From a virus, in the IMG/VR virus record IMGVR_UViG_3300032291_002524, positions 1 to 64,000 of that record: 64,000 nucleotides of DNA. One strand, written 5' to 3'. Position numbers and translations under genes: made by a program. The notes under the pieces were generated by a model. It was not told the origin of the DNA and ran no database searches. It saw nothing but the letters and a program-made list of their open reading frames with translations. Shown here one piece after another: positions 1 through 10,795 of this stretch; the first letter of the stretch is position 1, and each line of letters begins with the position of its first letter.

Positions 1-1161
1 AAATTTCGTTCTTTAGAACCTCACATATTTTTACAAAATCAATATCCTGACGATTTTTACGTTGATATTGATTATGAACCAAACTTAGACGATATCACAT
101 ATTGGCAAAAATATGATATGGTATGTTTTCATAGAAGTTTGAGTCATGATTTTGATAAATCATACGCAATAATTCAAATATTAAATAGTCTTGGAATTAT
201 AACGGTAATGGATTTAGATGATTATTGGTTACCAACCAAAGAACATCCTGCACATCACTTAGTTGTTCAAAATAAGATACACGAAAAAATAATCGCAAAT
301 CTTAAAGTTGCCAAATATGTAACAACAACAACTGAAATTTTCGCACAAGAAATTAAAAAATATAACAAAAATGTTTTTGTTTTACCAAACGCTATTAATC
401 CAAATGAACCACAATTTATGTCGGAAACTAAACCATCCGATAAGCTTAGATTTGGTTGGTTAGGTGGTTCTTCACATTTACATGATATTGAATTATTAAG
501 AGGTGCTACTGATGCACTTGGTAATGATTTAAGAAATAAGTCTGAATTCCACTTATGTGGTTTCGATATTCGTGGTACTATGACGGAAATTAATGCTCAA
601 ACAGGTGAGCAAAAGCAACGTCCAATTTTACCGAATGAAACTGTTTGGGCAAGATATGAAGAAATTTTTACAAAAAATTATGAATTTACAACGCCCGAAT
701 ATAAGAATTATTTAATGAAATTTAGACAAGAAAATTGGGACGGTGATTCGCAATTTTATAATCGAGTGTGGACCGAACCAGTAACATCATACGCTAAAAA
801 TTATTCAAAATTTGACGTATCGTTAGCACCATTGGTTAATCACGTTTTTAATCGTGTTAAGTCACAATTGAAAGTTATTGAAGCAGGTTTTTATAAAAAG
901 GCAATAATTGCTTCAAATATTGGTCCATACACAATCGACCTAAAACATTGTTTAAATAATGGTGATTTTGTTGATGGAAACGCAATATTAGTTGATGAAA
1001 AACGAAACCATTCCGATTGGACAAAAGCGATGAAAAAATTAATTAATAATCCGAACATGGCGTTTGACATGGGTCAACGATTATATGAAACCGTTAAAGA
1101 TAAATACGATTTAAATATTGTCACAAAACATAGAGCAGAATTATATAAAACTTTAAAATAA
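1..1161 (+). CDS. GT-B fold glycosyltransferase (GT4-like), 5'-truncated by window edge
   Basis: Frame is open from base 1. Motifs: DLDDYW, FGWLGGSSHLHD, and a C-terminal LAPL..FN..KSQLKVIEAG...IIAS block typical of phage GT4-like enzymes. Confidence 0.75.
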   Translation, partial: KFRSLEPHIFLQNQYPDDFYVDIDYEPNLDDITYWQKYDMVCFHRSLSHDFDKSYAIIQILNSLGIITVMDLDDYWLPTKEHPAHHLVVQNKIHEKIIANLKVAKYVTTTTEIFAQEIKKYNKNVFVLPNAINPNEPQFMSETKPSDKLRFGWLGGSSHLHDIELLRGATDALGNDLRNKSEFHLCGFDIRGTMTEINAQTGEQKQRPILPNETVWARYEEIFTKNYEFTTPEYKNYLMKFRQENWDGDSQFYNRVWTEPVTSYAKNYSKFDVSLAPLVNHVFNRVKSQLKVIEAGFYKKAIIASNIGPYTIDLKHCLNNGDFVDGNAILVDEKRNHSDWTKAMKKLINNPNMAFDMGQRLYETVKDKYDLNIVTKHRAELYKTLK

Positions 1162-1871
1162 TGTTACCATACCCTAAAACTAAATTATTATTTTTTGATT
1201 TGGAAACCGTTGGTGAGTTTCCAACATTATCTGAATTTGAAAATTCAAAACCAACCTTACATAAAGTTTTTATGAAGTATCAAGATTGGTTTATTAAAAG
1301 ATTTCCTGAAGATAAAGATAAAACACCTGATGAGATTTATGAGACCCGTGCTGCGTTGGTTCCTGAATTTGCCAAAATCGTGGTTGCTAGCTTTTCATTT
1401 ATTTCACCTGACGGTTCTATTCAGACACAAACATTCGCTATGGATGATGAAAAGGAATTATTAAAGAATGTTATTCGACTTTTGAATAAAGTCCATAAAC
1501 TTAATTTCTATTTGTGTGGGCATAACATAAAAGGATTTGATATTCCTATGTTATACAAACGAATGATGATTAACGGATTTCAACCATCAGAAATGTTACC
1601 AACCGCAGACACCAAACCATGGGAAATCAAGGCAATGGACACCAAAGATTTTTGGAATGGTACCAATCCATTTACAATTGCACAGTTAGAGCTGATATCA
1701 ACCGCAATGGGTTGTGATTCATCAAAAAGTGGTCCAGTAACAGGTGGTGTTGTACATCATTCATATTGGGAATCAGGAATGTTAGATAAAATTGCTGAAT
1801 ATTGTGAACAAGATGTTAAAGCCCTTGTCGATTTAATAATTAAATTTGATAGTTTAGAATATGTACAATAA
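1161..1871 (+). CDS. DnaQ/PolB-type 3'-5' exonuclease (DEDDy)
   Basis: ExoI FFDLET, ExoII GHNIKGFDIP, ExoIII YCEQDV. Confidence 0.8.
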   Translation: MLPYPKTKLLFFDLETVGEFPTLSEFENSKPTLHKVFMKYQDWFIKRFPEDKDKTPDEIYETRAALVPEFAKIVVASFSFISPDGSIQTQTFAMDDEKELLKNVIRLLNKVHKLNFYLCGHNIKGFDIPMLYKRMMINGFQPSEMLPTADTKPWEIKAMDTKDFWNGTNPFTIAQLELISTAMGCDSSKSGPVTGGVVHHSYWESGMLDKIAEYCEQDVKALVDLIIKFDSLEYVQ

Positions 1872-2457
1872 AATTAAAGAATTAAACAAAATGGTTAAAA
1901 CACTAAACAACCTTAAAAATGTTGGTGAAGTTAATAATGACCCGAAGTCCGTTTTCGAATCATTGGGAATTGATAAAGACGATTTTGAATCAAAATTTTC
2001 AGAAGCGTTAAAGTTTAAATCAACTCTTAAATTCACTAAATTAAGTGAAAACGCGGTTTCACCTAAATATGCTTATCTGTCAGATTCAGGATTTGACCTA
2101 CACTCAACCGAAGATGTGGTATTAGAACCTTTTGGACGAGGATTAGTACCGACGGGTTTATCGTTTGACATCCCTGAAGGGTTTGAAATTCAAGTTAGGT
2201 CCAAAAGTGGTTTATGTTTAAAACAAGGGTTAATGGTTTTAAATAGTCCCGGCACTGTCGACCGTGGTTATACCGGTGAAGTAAAAGTTATTATTATGAA
2301 TATGAATAACAATGCCGTGACAATACCTTCAGGTCAAAAAATTGCACAAGCGGTTTTATCTCCTGTTATGGATGGAACTCGTGTTGATTTACATGAGTCA
2401 ATCGAGATTAATGAAAAAGAACGTAGTGACAAAGGATTTGGGTCAACAGGAATATGA
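1861..2457 (+). CDS. dut: Trimeric dUTPase with a ~50-aa N-terminal extension
   Basis: Motifs SGFDL, RSKSG, GTVDRGYTGE, IAQ, RSDKGFGSTG. Confidence 0.95.
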   Translation: MYNKIKELNKMVKTLNNLKNVGEVNNDPKSVFESLGIDKDDFESKFSEALKFKSTLKFTKLSENAVSPKYAYLSDSGFDLHSTEDVVLEPFGRGLVPTGLSFDIPEGFEIQVRSKSGLCLKQGLMVLNSPGTVDRGYTGEVKVIIMNMNNNAVTIPSGQKIAQAVLSPVMDGTRVDLHESIEINEKERSDKGFGSTGI

Positions 2458-4094
2458 TAACAATAGGATATAGTACGAGAAAATCTAATCCTGAACTACA
2501 AGAGTATTTCAGAAAATCTTGTGGATTACCTAAAACACAAGTGATTGAAAAAGTTAATCCTGATGGTAGGTCACTAACTGAAATTTATAATGAAATTTTA
2601 AATGAATCAGAAAATGACATTGTAGTGCTTTGTCACGATGATATTTACTTTGAGACCAAAAGTTGGGGTAATAACATTTTATCCCATTTTAAAAAAACTA
2701 ATTTCGGTATTTTAGGGGTTGCCGGTTCAACAAGTATCCCATCTTCGGGTATGTGGTGGGAAGATAAGAGAAAAATGATTGGAATTGTTAATCATGAACA
2801 CGAAGGAAAAAAATGGGAATCAAAATATTCAAATAGTTTAGGTAAACAAATACATCCAACAATAATTGTTGACGGTTTGTTTATCGTAATAAGTAAAAAA
2901 AGAATTATACATCAATTTGACACTGAAGTTAAAGGATTTCATATGTATGATGTTGATTTTTGTTTTAAAAATTATTTGTCGGGTATTGAAGTTGGTGTTA
3001 TGTACGATATAAGAATCACCCATAAATCAATTGGTATGACGAATGATGAATGGGAAAAAAATAGAATTTTATTTTCTGAAAAGTTTAAAGAAAATTTACC
3101 AATCAAAATCAACAAAACTAAATCAGATAAGCTAAATATCCTAATTAGTTGTTTGTTTTTTAAAACATTTACCGGTTCTGAAATTTATGTATATGAATTA
3201 GCCAAAGGTTTGATAAAACAAGGTCATAATGTGTCCGTATTATCCGAAATTGGGGGGCCATTAACCGATATGGCAAAAAAAATTGGGATTAAAACTTTTT
3301 CATTAAAAGAACCTCCGGGTTATAAAATGGGGGACGGGGTTTGGGGTATTAACACACCTCACGGGTTTCAAATATCACAAGAAAACATGTTATATAAAAT
3401 TAACGATGTTAATTTTGATATCATCCATGTTCAACACGAACCCGTTACCAATATGATTTTACAGTTATATCCTGATATCGAAAAAATTTCAACAATACAT
3501 TCAGAAGTCATTGATTTGGAAAAACCAGTAAAACATGATTCCATCAAAAAATACATTGCAATTAGACCTGAAATTAAAGAACATATTGTTGAACATTATG
3601 ACATTAATGAAAATTTAGTTGATGTCATTTATAATCCTATCGATGAAAATAGATTTAAATCTGATAATATTAAGACGAAAAATTATGTTTTGTTTGTCGG
3701 TACTATTGATTACTTGAGAGAACAAACAATACGTGATTTAGTTGAATATACTAAAGAAAAAAACATGGAACTTTGGTTAGTCGGTGAAGATAAGTCTGAA
3801 TATTTAAATGAAATTTTAAGTCATATCCATGTTAAAAAAATAATACCAACTTGGAATACTGAAAAATATATAAAAGAATCACAAGAAACTGCGGGTATTT
3901 TATTAGGTAGAACGACCATTGAAAGTTGGATGTGTGGTAAAAAATCTTGGATTTATGATGTTGATAAATCAGGAACGATTCTTTCTAAGAAATTAACCGA
4001 ACCCCCACATGATATTCATAAATTTCATGCAAGTTCGGTAGTAGATAAACTGATTGATAATTATTTAACAATAATAAATGAAACTACTCATTAA
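2454..4094 (+). CDS. Two-domain glycosyltransferase (GT-A N-terminal, GT4-like C-terminal)
   Basis: N-terminal HDDI, GVAG, VDGLF, FHMYDVD. C-terminal GSEIYVYELAKGL..GHNV and GRTTIESWMCG. Confidence 0.75.
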   Translation: MITIGYSTRKSNPELQEYFRKSCGLPKTQVIEKVNPDGRSLTEIYNEILNESENDIVVLCHDDIYFETKSWGNNILSHFKKTNFGILGVAGSTSIPSSGMWWEDKRKMIGIVNHEHEGKKWESKYSNSLGKQIHPTIIVDGLFIVISKKRIIHQFDTEVKGFHMYDVDFCFKNYLSGIEVGVMYDIRITHKSIGMTNDEWEKNRILFSEKFKENLPIKINKTKSDKLNILISCLFFKTFTGSEIYVYELAKGLIKQGHNVSVLSEIGGPLTDMAKKIGIKTFSLKEPPGYKMGDGVWGINTPHGFQISQENMLYKINDVNFDIIHVQHEPVTNMILQLYPDIEKISTIHSEVIDLEKPVKHDSIKKYIAIRPEIKEHIVEHYDINENLVDVIYNPIDENRFKSDNIKTKNYVLFVGTIDYLREQTIRDLVEYTKEKNMELWLVGEDKSEYLNEILSHIHVKKIIPTWNTEKYIKESQETAGILLGRTTIESWMCGKKSWIYDVDKSGTILSKKLTEPPHDIHKFHASSVVDKLIDNYLTIINETTH

Positions 4095-4740
4095 ATTTCC
4101 AACAAGAAATAGGAAGGAAAAATTTTTATCTACCTTTAAAAAATATCAAGAATTCATTATTGAAGATTCAACTAAATTGTTAATAACAATTGACGAGGAT
4201 GATGAATCAATGAATAATGAAGATGTTATAAATGAATTAACGTCTTATACTAATACTGAAGTTATTATTGGTACTAGTTCTTCAAAAATCCATGCAATTA
4301 ATCGAGATATTGATGTTAACTCAGAATGGGATATTATTCTTTTGGCGTCAGATGATATGATACCACAAATTAAAGGTTTTGATAAAATTATCAATACATT
4401 AATGTTAACTAACTATCCTGACACGGACGGAATTCTTTTTTTCAATGATGGATTTAAAGGTCGAGAGCTAAATACTCTTTGTATATTGGGGAAAAAATAT
4501 TATCAAAGATTTAACTATATTTATTATCCTGAATATAAATCAACATGGTGCGATAACGAGTTCATGATGGTTGGTGATGTTTTAAACAAACAAACATATT
4601 TTCCAATGGTCATAATTAAACATGAACATCCTGATTGGGGGTACGGTAATCACGATATGATACATCAAAAAAATCATTCAGACTTGATATTTGATAGAGA
4701 TTTATTCCATAAAAGAAAAAATATAAATTTTAATCTATAA
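4078..4740 (+). CDS. GT2-like glycosyltransferase
   Basis: PTRNR start, DIILLASDDM DxD region, WCDNEF. Confidence 0.7.
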   Translation: MKLLIKFPTRNRKEKFLSTFKKYQEFIIEDSTKLLITIDEDDESMNNEDVINELTSYTNTEVIIGTSSSKIHAINRDIDVNSEWDIILLASDDMIPQIKGFDKIINTLMLTNYPDTDGILFFNDGFKGRELNTLCILGKKYYQRFNYIYYPEYKSTWCDNEFMMVGDVLNKQTYFPMVIIKHEHPDWGYGNHDMIHQKNHSDLIFDRDLFHKRKNINFNL

Positions 4741-5573
4741 TGAAAGCAAAAGTAGCAATAAATTGCATGGTAAAAAATGAAGAAATATTATTGGATACCA
4801 TATTACCAATATGGAAAAACTACCCTGTTGACCTTTTTATATTCTATAACGATATGTCAACAGATTCTACAGTTCAAGTAATAAAAAAACATTTAGACGA
4901 TAAAAAAACAATTATTTTAAATGATGAATTAGAAAATTTTAATGAAGGATACCAAAGACAAAAAATGATAGATATATCAAAATTAAATAATGTTGATTAT
5001 ATAATATCATTAGATTCTGACGAATTAATGACATCTAATTTTGTTAAAAATTTTGATAAATACTTGAAATTTTTTGAGTTTTCGGATACGTGGCTTTATT
5101 GGTATAATTGTGTTGATTCTTTAGAGTATTATAGAACTGACAACGCATACTTAAATAATTATCGTTCTTTTATCTTACCAACATCTAAAATATCCAATAT
5201 GGATATTTCACAATGGAAATATCACACACCAAGAACACCCATAGTAAATTTACCAAAACTACACACTAATGAGATTGGTATATTACATTTACAATCATGT
5301 AATCGTAGATATTATGCGCTAAAACAATTGTGGTATAAACATTATGAATTCATCAACTATAACCATAGTATTGAATTTATTAATAATAGATATGATAATG
5401 TTGTAAATAATTTAAATTTTAACCCACAAAAAATTAATCAGTCACTTATTGATGGGATTAATATTGATTTTTCAATCTTTGATTCTTTAGCCGAAAAAAA
5501 AGGGTATTTAGATTTTATTCGAAAACATTATAATGAGAACTTAGTAACTTTTGGAAAGGAATATATTTTATGA
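4740..5573 (+). CDS. GT2-like glycosyltransferase
   Basis: MVKNEE, YNDMSTDST, SLDSDE (DxD). Confidence 0.75.
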   Translation: MKAKVAINCMVKNEEILLDTILPIWKNYPVDLFIFYNDMSTDSTVQVIKKHLDDKKTIILNDELENFNEGYQRQKMIDISKLNNVDYIISLDSDELMTSNFVKNFDKYLKFFEFSDTWLYWYNCVDSLEYYRTDNAYLNNYRSFILPTSKISNMDISQWKYHTPRTPIVNLPKLHTNEIGILHLQSCNRRYYALKQLWYKHYEFINYNHSIEFINNRYDNVVNNLNFNPQKINQSLIDGINIDFSIFDSLAEKKGYLDFIRKHYNENLVTFGKEYIL

Positions 5574-6310
5574 ATTATATAATAGGAATAACCACATTTT
5601 CTAAAAGATATAATCTTTTGGAAAACTTAGTAAGAAAAATTAGGAAATTTACCAATGTAAAAATATTATTATGTATAAATGGTGATGATGGGGGTGAAAT
5701 TTCTGAAGAATATAGATTAAAAGTACTTAATTTATGTATGACTAATCTGAATATATACCCTATATTCTTTACTGAAACCCGAGGATTATCAAAAATGTGG
5801 AATACTATAGTTATCCACTCGCATGAAAATAACGTTCTAATGTTAAATGACGATTTAGATATACATTCTAATAATTTTTTTGATTTATTATCGAAATATA
5901 TAATTGAAAATGGTGTTCAAGCTATAACTAGGATAAATAATTCATTTTCACATTTTTTAATTTCAAAAGAATTTTTAGACACAATTGGGTATTTTGATGA
6001 AAGACTTTTAGGTTTTGGGGAAGAAGATGGTGATATTATATATAGATGCATAAAAAATGGTTATAAATTAGATGACATTTATTTAGATGGTGTGACCAAT
6101 ATTATATCAGATTTGAGACATGACCACATTAAACCTGGTATTGGTAAATATTCTTTATTTAATAGAAATTTTATATATGAACAAAAATATGTTGAGGACC
6201 CTACAAGTACAAATAAAGGTATCTTTGACAACCATATGAGACAGGTTATTGATGATATTAATTGTTATCCATACGAGTCTTATTTTAGACATAATAAATC
6301 AAATTTATGA
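5570..6310 (+). CDS. GT2-like glycosyltransferase
   Basis: GLSKMWN, LMLNDD, GYFDERLLGFGEEDGD. Confidence 0.75.
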   Translation: MNYIIGITTFSKRYNLLENLVRKIRKFTNVKILLCINGDDGGEISEEYRLKVLNLCMTNLNIYPIFFTETRGLSKMWNTIVIHSHENNVLMLNDDLDIHSNNFFDLLSKYIIENGVQAITRINNSFSHFLISKEFLDTIGYFDERLLGFGEEDGDIIYRCIKNGYKLDDIYLDGVTNIISDLRHDHIKPGIGKYSLFNRNFIYEQKYVEDPTSTNKGIFDNHMRQVIDDINCYPYESYFRHNKSNL

Positions 6311-7521
6311 AGAATTATAACGATTTTAATGAATATATGTCACTATTTGATAGTGATGAAAATAATCGGAAAGTATCAATTTTTAATTTTAAAGATTTAA
6401 CACCATCAAGTAAAAATCTTTATTATCCAAACGTAAAATTTTTTTCTAAAAAATATGGCCATATAAACCCAAGTAATGAAAAAATAATGTCATTACAAAA
6501 GTTAGAAAACGTTATTGGTGAAAACTTAGATGTTGCCGAACAGTATATAACTTTTTCAAATCCTGTGTTTTTTTTTATTTATAATACCGATAATTATTTT
6601 CATTTTATTTATGATACATTACCATATTTGATTTCTTTTTTTGAATTGAGAAAAGAAATTCCAAACTTAAAATTATTAATGTCTAACCCTAATAAAGATA
6701 AAAATAAATTTTATCCATTTGTTTATGAATTTTTAGAAATATTAGGAATTACAAAAGAAGACGTAGTTCTTGTCACCCCTGATACTAAATATTCTGAAGT
6801 ATTTATTTCAGATTCATACACGCACGGTATCAATTCCAATTTACCACCTAGAAAAGAAGTGTATAGTTTTTTCAAAAAAATTGTTAATTCGGTTGACACT
6901 GATAATATTGACCGACCAAAATATATATATATATCACGTAGAAGTCATAAACATGGTGATTACTCAAATATCGGAACTAATTATACTGATAGACGAAAAT
7001 TAATGAATGAAGATGATTTAGTTATTTTTTTAGAAAAAATTGGATATACGGAAATTTTTACAGAACTGTTAACAACGAAAGAAAAAATACTTTTATTTTC
7101 TAATGCCGAACGTATTATCGGTCCAATTGGAGGGGGTCTATGTAATACTCTTTTTTGTAAAAAAGAAACTAAACTACTATCAATAATTTCGCCGAATTTT
7201 TTAGAAATAAACCAAAGATTTTCATTTTGTTTTGATAATATTGATACAATTTATTTTGAAGATACTTATCATTACGAAAAAACTAAATTTAAATCTAACA
7301 TGCGAGTAAAATGTGGTGATATTGTTGGTGAAGTAATCAATATCGACAATGACTATTTAAAAATACAATATTCTGATGATTTTGTATCAGGTTGGAATAA
7401 AGAATGTGATTTTAATATTAAAATAGAAAAATGTGAAAATTGTGAACCGTTGGATGACGGTTTAAATTCACCGTGGATTTTAAATCTTGAAAAATTTAAA
7501 AATTTAATACAAACAATATGA
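6307..7521 (+). CDS. GT61/DUF563-like glycosyltransferase
   Basis: NYFHFIYDTLP, IYISRR, R.L.NE, LFSNAE.IIGPIGGGLCN. Confidence 0.75.
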   Translation: MKNYNDFNEYMSLFDSDENNRKVSIFNFKDLTPSSKNLYYPNVKFFSKKYGHINPSNEKIMSLQKLENVIGENLDVAEQYITFSNPVFFFIYNTDNYFHFIYDTLPYLISFFELRKEIPNLKLLMSNPNKDKNKFYPFVYEFLEILGITKEDVVLVTPDTKYSEVFISDSYTHGINSNLPPRKEVYSFFKKIVNSVDTDNIDRPKYIYISRRSHKHGDYSNIGTNYTDRRKLMNEDDLVIFLEKIGYTEIFTELLTTKEKILLFSNAERIIGPIGGGLCNTLFCKKETKLLSIISPNFLEINQRFSFCFDNIDTIYFEDTYHYEKTKFKSNMRVKCGDIVGEVINIDNDYLKIQYSDDFVSGWNKECDFNIKIEKCENCEPLDDGLNSPWILNLEKFKNLIQTI

Positions 7522-8282
7522 AAATACCAATTATAATTTATTCACATTCGTCCTATTCTGACATATTAAAAATACAGACGGACTATATTCAAAACTTAGA
7601 TTTTAATAATAAAATTTTATTTATTAACAATAATGATGAAAATTTAAATGAAATATATGCGTCATATGATAAAATAATTTTTTACGATGATAAATTACCA
7701 TATGCAAGTAGAGTTTCAGATTGTTTAAAAGTTTGTGATTTTGATTATTTTTTATTTTCACATGATATTGATATACTATTAAATGTGAATATAGATTTTT
7801 TGGAAAAATTATTGGATTTTATAGTTAAAGAACAAATAGATAGAGTCGATTTAAAATATACTGAAAACGTTTTTGGTAAAGAAATTATCGAGTTGTCAAA
7901 TGGTATTAAACTAGTTAAGGAAATAATAGAGAAAGATTATATCTATAATGTTAATCCTTCTATATGGAAAAAAGAAACATTATTAGAGATTATGACTGAA
8001 TTTAAAGATAGAAATTATCGAACAATTGAAGACCTAATTGTACAATCTTTTTGTAAAAAATACAAAATATTTAAAATCAATACACAAACATTTTTCAAAT
8101 GTGGGTATTTCAACTGTATTCGAGAATATATGTTTTTACACATAAGTCATAACGGTAAGTTTTTACCCTTAAATGAAAATTTTGTTACAATTTATAATCA
8201 ATCTTACGAAGATATAAGTAATGAATATTTAAAAATAGTTGGTAAATATAACTTGATAAATTCAAATAAATGGTATAAATAA
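7518..8282 (+). CDS. Putative glycosyltransferase, paralog of 9204-10013
   Basis: HDIDI DxD. Shares YSHSS, FYDD.LPY, YNVNPSIWKKETLL and KCGYF blocks with 9204-10013. Confidence 0.55.
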   Translation: MKIPIIIYSHSSYSDILKIQTDYIQNLDFNNKILFINNNDENLNEIYASYDKIIFYDDKLPYASRVSDCLKVCDFDYFLFSHDIDILLNVNIDFLEKLLDFIVKEQIDRVDLKYTENVFGKEIIELSNGIKLVKEIIEKDYIYNVNPSIWKKETLLEIMTEFKDRNYRTIEDLIVQSFCKKYKIFKINTQTFFKCGYFNCIREYMFLHISHNGKFLPLNENFVTIYNQSYEDISNEYLKIVGKYNLINSNKWYK

Positions 8283-8283
8283 T

Positions 8284-9201
8284 ATGAGCTTAACACAACT
8301 AAAAGAGTGTCGATATATAACCAGTGTAGGTATGTTATTATCTTTAGACGATAATAATATAATTACATATAATAAAGAACCTCACAAAATAACACACGAT
8401 TTCAATAAATTATTGAATGGGAAAGATGGTGATTGCATATATATAAAATTTGCTTTCTTTAGGGAGTTTGTATATAGAGTTTTCCCACAATTGAATTATA
8501 GATTTATCCTAATTACGGGTGATGGTGATGAGACAATGCCGGATGATTTGATAGATTTACAAACCTTTAATAATATTATTAATGATGATAAAGTGATTCA
8601 TTGGTATTCAGTAAATTGTAATGAAAATTATCATGAAAAATTTTCATTAATCCCAATTGGTGTTAACTTCCATTCACTCACGTTTGGTGAGTTTTGTGGT
8701 TGGAGTAGTACTTCTATGACACCTAAAGAACAAGAATCTATGTTAGATAACATCAGGATTAAATCCGGTAACTTCGATGAAAAAATCCCCAAATGTTATT
8801 CAAATTTTCATTTTGTTACCTATACCGAATTTAATAATCCAAGACAAGATGCGATTAATAAAATATCTAAAGAATTAATATATTACGAACCATCATTAGT
8901 TGATAGAGAAACTACATGGACAAAAAATTCAGAATATGCTTTCACAGTTTCACCTATGGGCCATGGTATGGATTGTCATAGAACTTGGGAAGCACTAATG
9001 CTAGGCACTATCGTAATTGTAAAAAAATCAAAACTCGACAGTCTATACGATGAATTACCTGTATTAATTGTTAATGATTGGGATGATATAACACAAGATT
9101 TACTATTTAAAACAATTGAGGAATTTAAAAAAAGAAAATTTAACTACGAAAAAATAACTCTTAAATATTGGGTTGATAAAATCCGTAATACAAAATATTA
9201 A
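8284..9201 (+). CDS. Exostosin (GT47)-like protein
   Basis: SPMGHGMDCHRTWEALMLGTIVIV...LPVLIV motif. Confidence 0.65.
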   Translation: MSLTQLKECRYITSVGMLLSLDDNNIITYNKEPHKITHDFNKLLNGKDGDCIYIKFAFFREFVYRVFPQLNYRFILITGDGDETMPDDLIDLQTFNNIINDDKVIHWYSVNCNENYHEKFSLIPIGVNFHSLTFGEFCGWSSTSMTPKEQESMLDNIRIKSGNFDEKIPKCYSNFHFVTYTEFNNPRQDAINKISKELIYYEPSLVDRETTWTKNSEYAFTVSPMGHGMDCHRTWEALMLGTIVIVKKSKLDSLYDELPVLIVNDWDDITQDLLFKTIEEFKKRKFNYEKITLKYWVDKIRNTKY

Positions 9202-9203
9202 AA

Positions 9204-10013
9204 ATGATAAATTTTGAAATAAAAAGATTTGATTTGTCAGATGAATTATCCGATGAAAACCTTAAGATTGTCGTTTATAGTCACTCTTCATTTATTGAAG
9301 TATTAAAAATACAAATTGATTACTTATCGGGTGTTGGTGATATGATTTTAATCATTAATCAAAATGATGATGACTTAAATGAAATCTATAAAAATTTTGA
9401 ACAGGTTATTTTTTACGATGATAGATTACCATATGGTAATCGAATACTAACAACAATTAAAAATGTTCCATATGATTATTTTATTTTCATACACGATAAT
9501 GATATTGTTTTTCACATTGATAAACAAAAAGTAAAAAGTATGTTTTATTTTTTACGTAAAAATAATTATGACCGAATTGACTTTCAATTATCGTATGATT
9601 TCGACAGTATTTATGACCATAATAATTTAAACGATGAATTATATTACATTAAATCATCCAATACGGACACATCAAACAAAGGTTATCCATATAATGTAAA
9701 TCCGTCAATATGGAAAAAAGAAACATTGTTAAATATTATGGAAAAATTTTTTTTTAGGGATTATAGAACAATAGAACACCCTGAGACTCAAGAATACGCA
9801 GTTAAATATAATATCTTCAAACTTTTTTCTAAGAAAAAATATAAATGTGGATATTTTATTTGTTTGGAACCATTTAAATATATTCATATAACACACAGTC
9901 AAAAATATTTAAATATTAATTCGTTACCAAATGGGTCTTGTGACGATATAATTGATGAATATGAAAAAATAATAAATAAATATGATTTAAAAAAGTCAAC
10001 TAAATGGATATGA
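9204..10013 (+). CDS. Putative glycosyltransferase, paralog of 7518-8282
   Basis: HDNDI plus the blocks shared with 7518-8282. Confidence 0.55.
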   Translation: MINFEIKRFDLSDELSDENLKIVVYSHSSFIEVLKIQIDYLSGVGDMILIINQNDDDLNEIYKNFEQVIFYDDRLPYGNRILTTIKNVPYDYFIFIHDNDIVFHIDKQKVKSMFYFLRKNNYDRIDFQLSYDFDSIYDHNNLNDELYYIKSSNTDTSNKGYPYNVNPSIWKKETLLNIMEKFFFRDYRTIEHPETQEYAVKYNIFKLFSKKKYKCGYFICLEPFKYIHITHSQKYLNINSLPNGSCDDIIDEYEKIINKYDLKKSTKWI

Positions 10014-10795
10014 TTAAAAATATTAATAAACCAGTCTTTATTATTGCTCATAAATATTACAGAGGATACGACTCTTATTGTGAATATTATGTACAAACAA
10101 TACAAAAATTTTACGAAGAATCACTTATTATTATTGTTGATAATAATTCAACACATAAGGAAGACATTTTTGAAAAATTAAGACAATATGAAAACGTTAT
10201 ATTATTAGATAATAACATAGAATGTAAATTTGAAATTGGTGCATATCAAATTGGGTTAAAGTATTTGATAGATAATTCATTAACAAATGATTATTCATAT
10301 GTAGTATTAACTCAAGATACTTTTATTTTAAAAAATAAATTAGACTTTAACACTCTTCACAATCAAAATGTTAAAGCCTGTACTATTAATTCATATTTTC
10401 AAGATGGTGCGATGCAAGATATTTCTAATGAAGTTTTATCGAAATTAAAATTACTGAACAATTTAGATAAGTGCACATTTTGTTGGTGTTGTAGTTTTAT
10501 AATATCAACATCAAACGTTAATAAGTTATATGATTACTTTAAACAAATCGTAATTACAAATAGAACTCAAAGTTGTGCAGCTGAAAGATATTTAGCCAGA
10601 ATTTTGTGGGAATTAAATGACCATCAAAATTATGACATCGATGGTGATATTAGATATTTGGGTGATGTGTGGAATCATGTACCCAACCCTGACCCAAAAT
10701 ATGATTGTCACTCCGTAAACCCATTTGACGATAATATTAAAACTTTTTTTGTTAAAAGGGCACAACAAAAGACTGAATTAACTGTTGAAAAATGA
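10004..10795 (+). CDS. Putative glycan-modifying protein
   Basis: IIVDNNS, FEIGAY, AAERY motifs; operon context. Confidence 0.45.
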   Translation: MDMIKNINKPVFIIAHKYYRGYDSYCEYYVQTIQKFYEESLIIIVDNNSTHKEDIFEKLRQYENVILLDNNIECKFEIGAYQIGLKYLIDNSLTNDYSYVVLTQDTFILKNKLDFNTLHNQNVKACTINSYFQDGAMQDISNEVLSKLKLLNNLDKCTFCWCCSFIISTSNVNKLYDYFKQIVITNRTQSCAAERYLARILWELNDHQNYDIDGDIRYLGDVWNHVPNPDPKYDCHSVNPFDDNIKTFFVKRAQQKTELTVEK

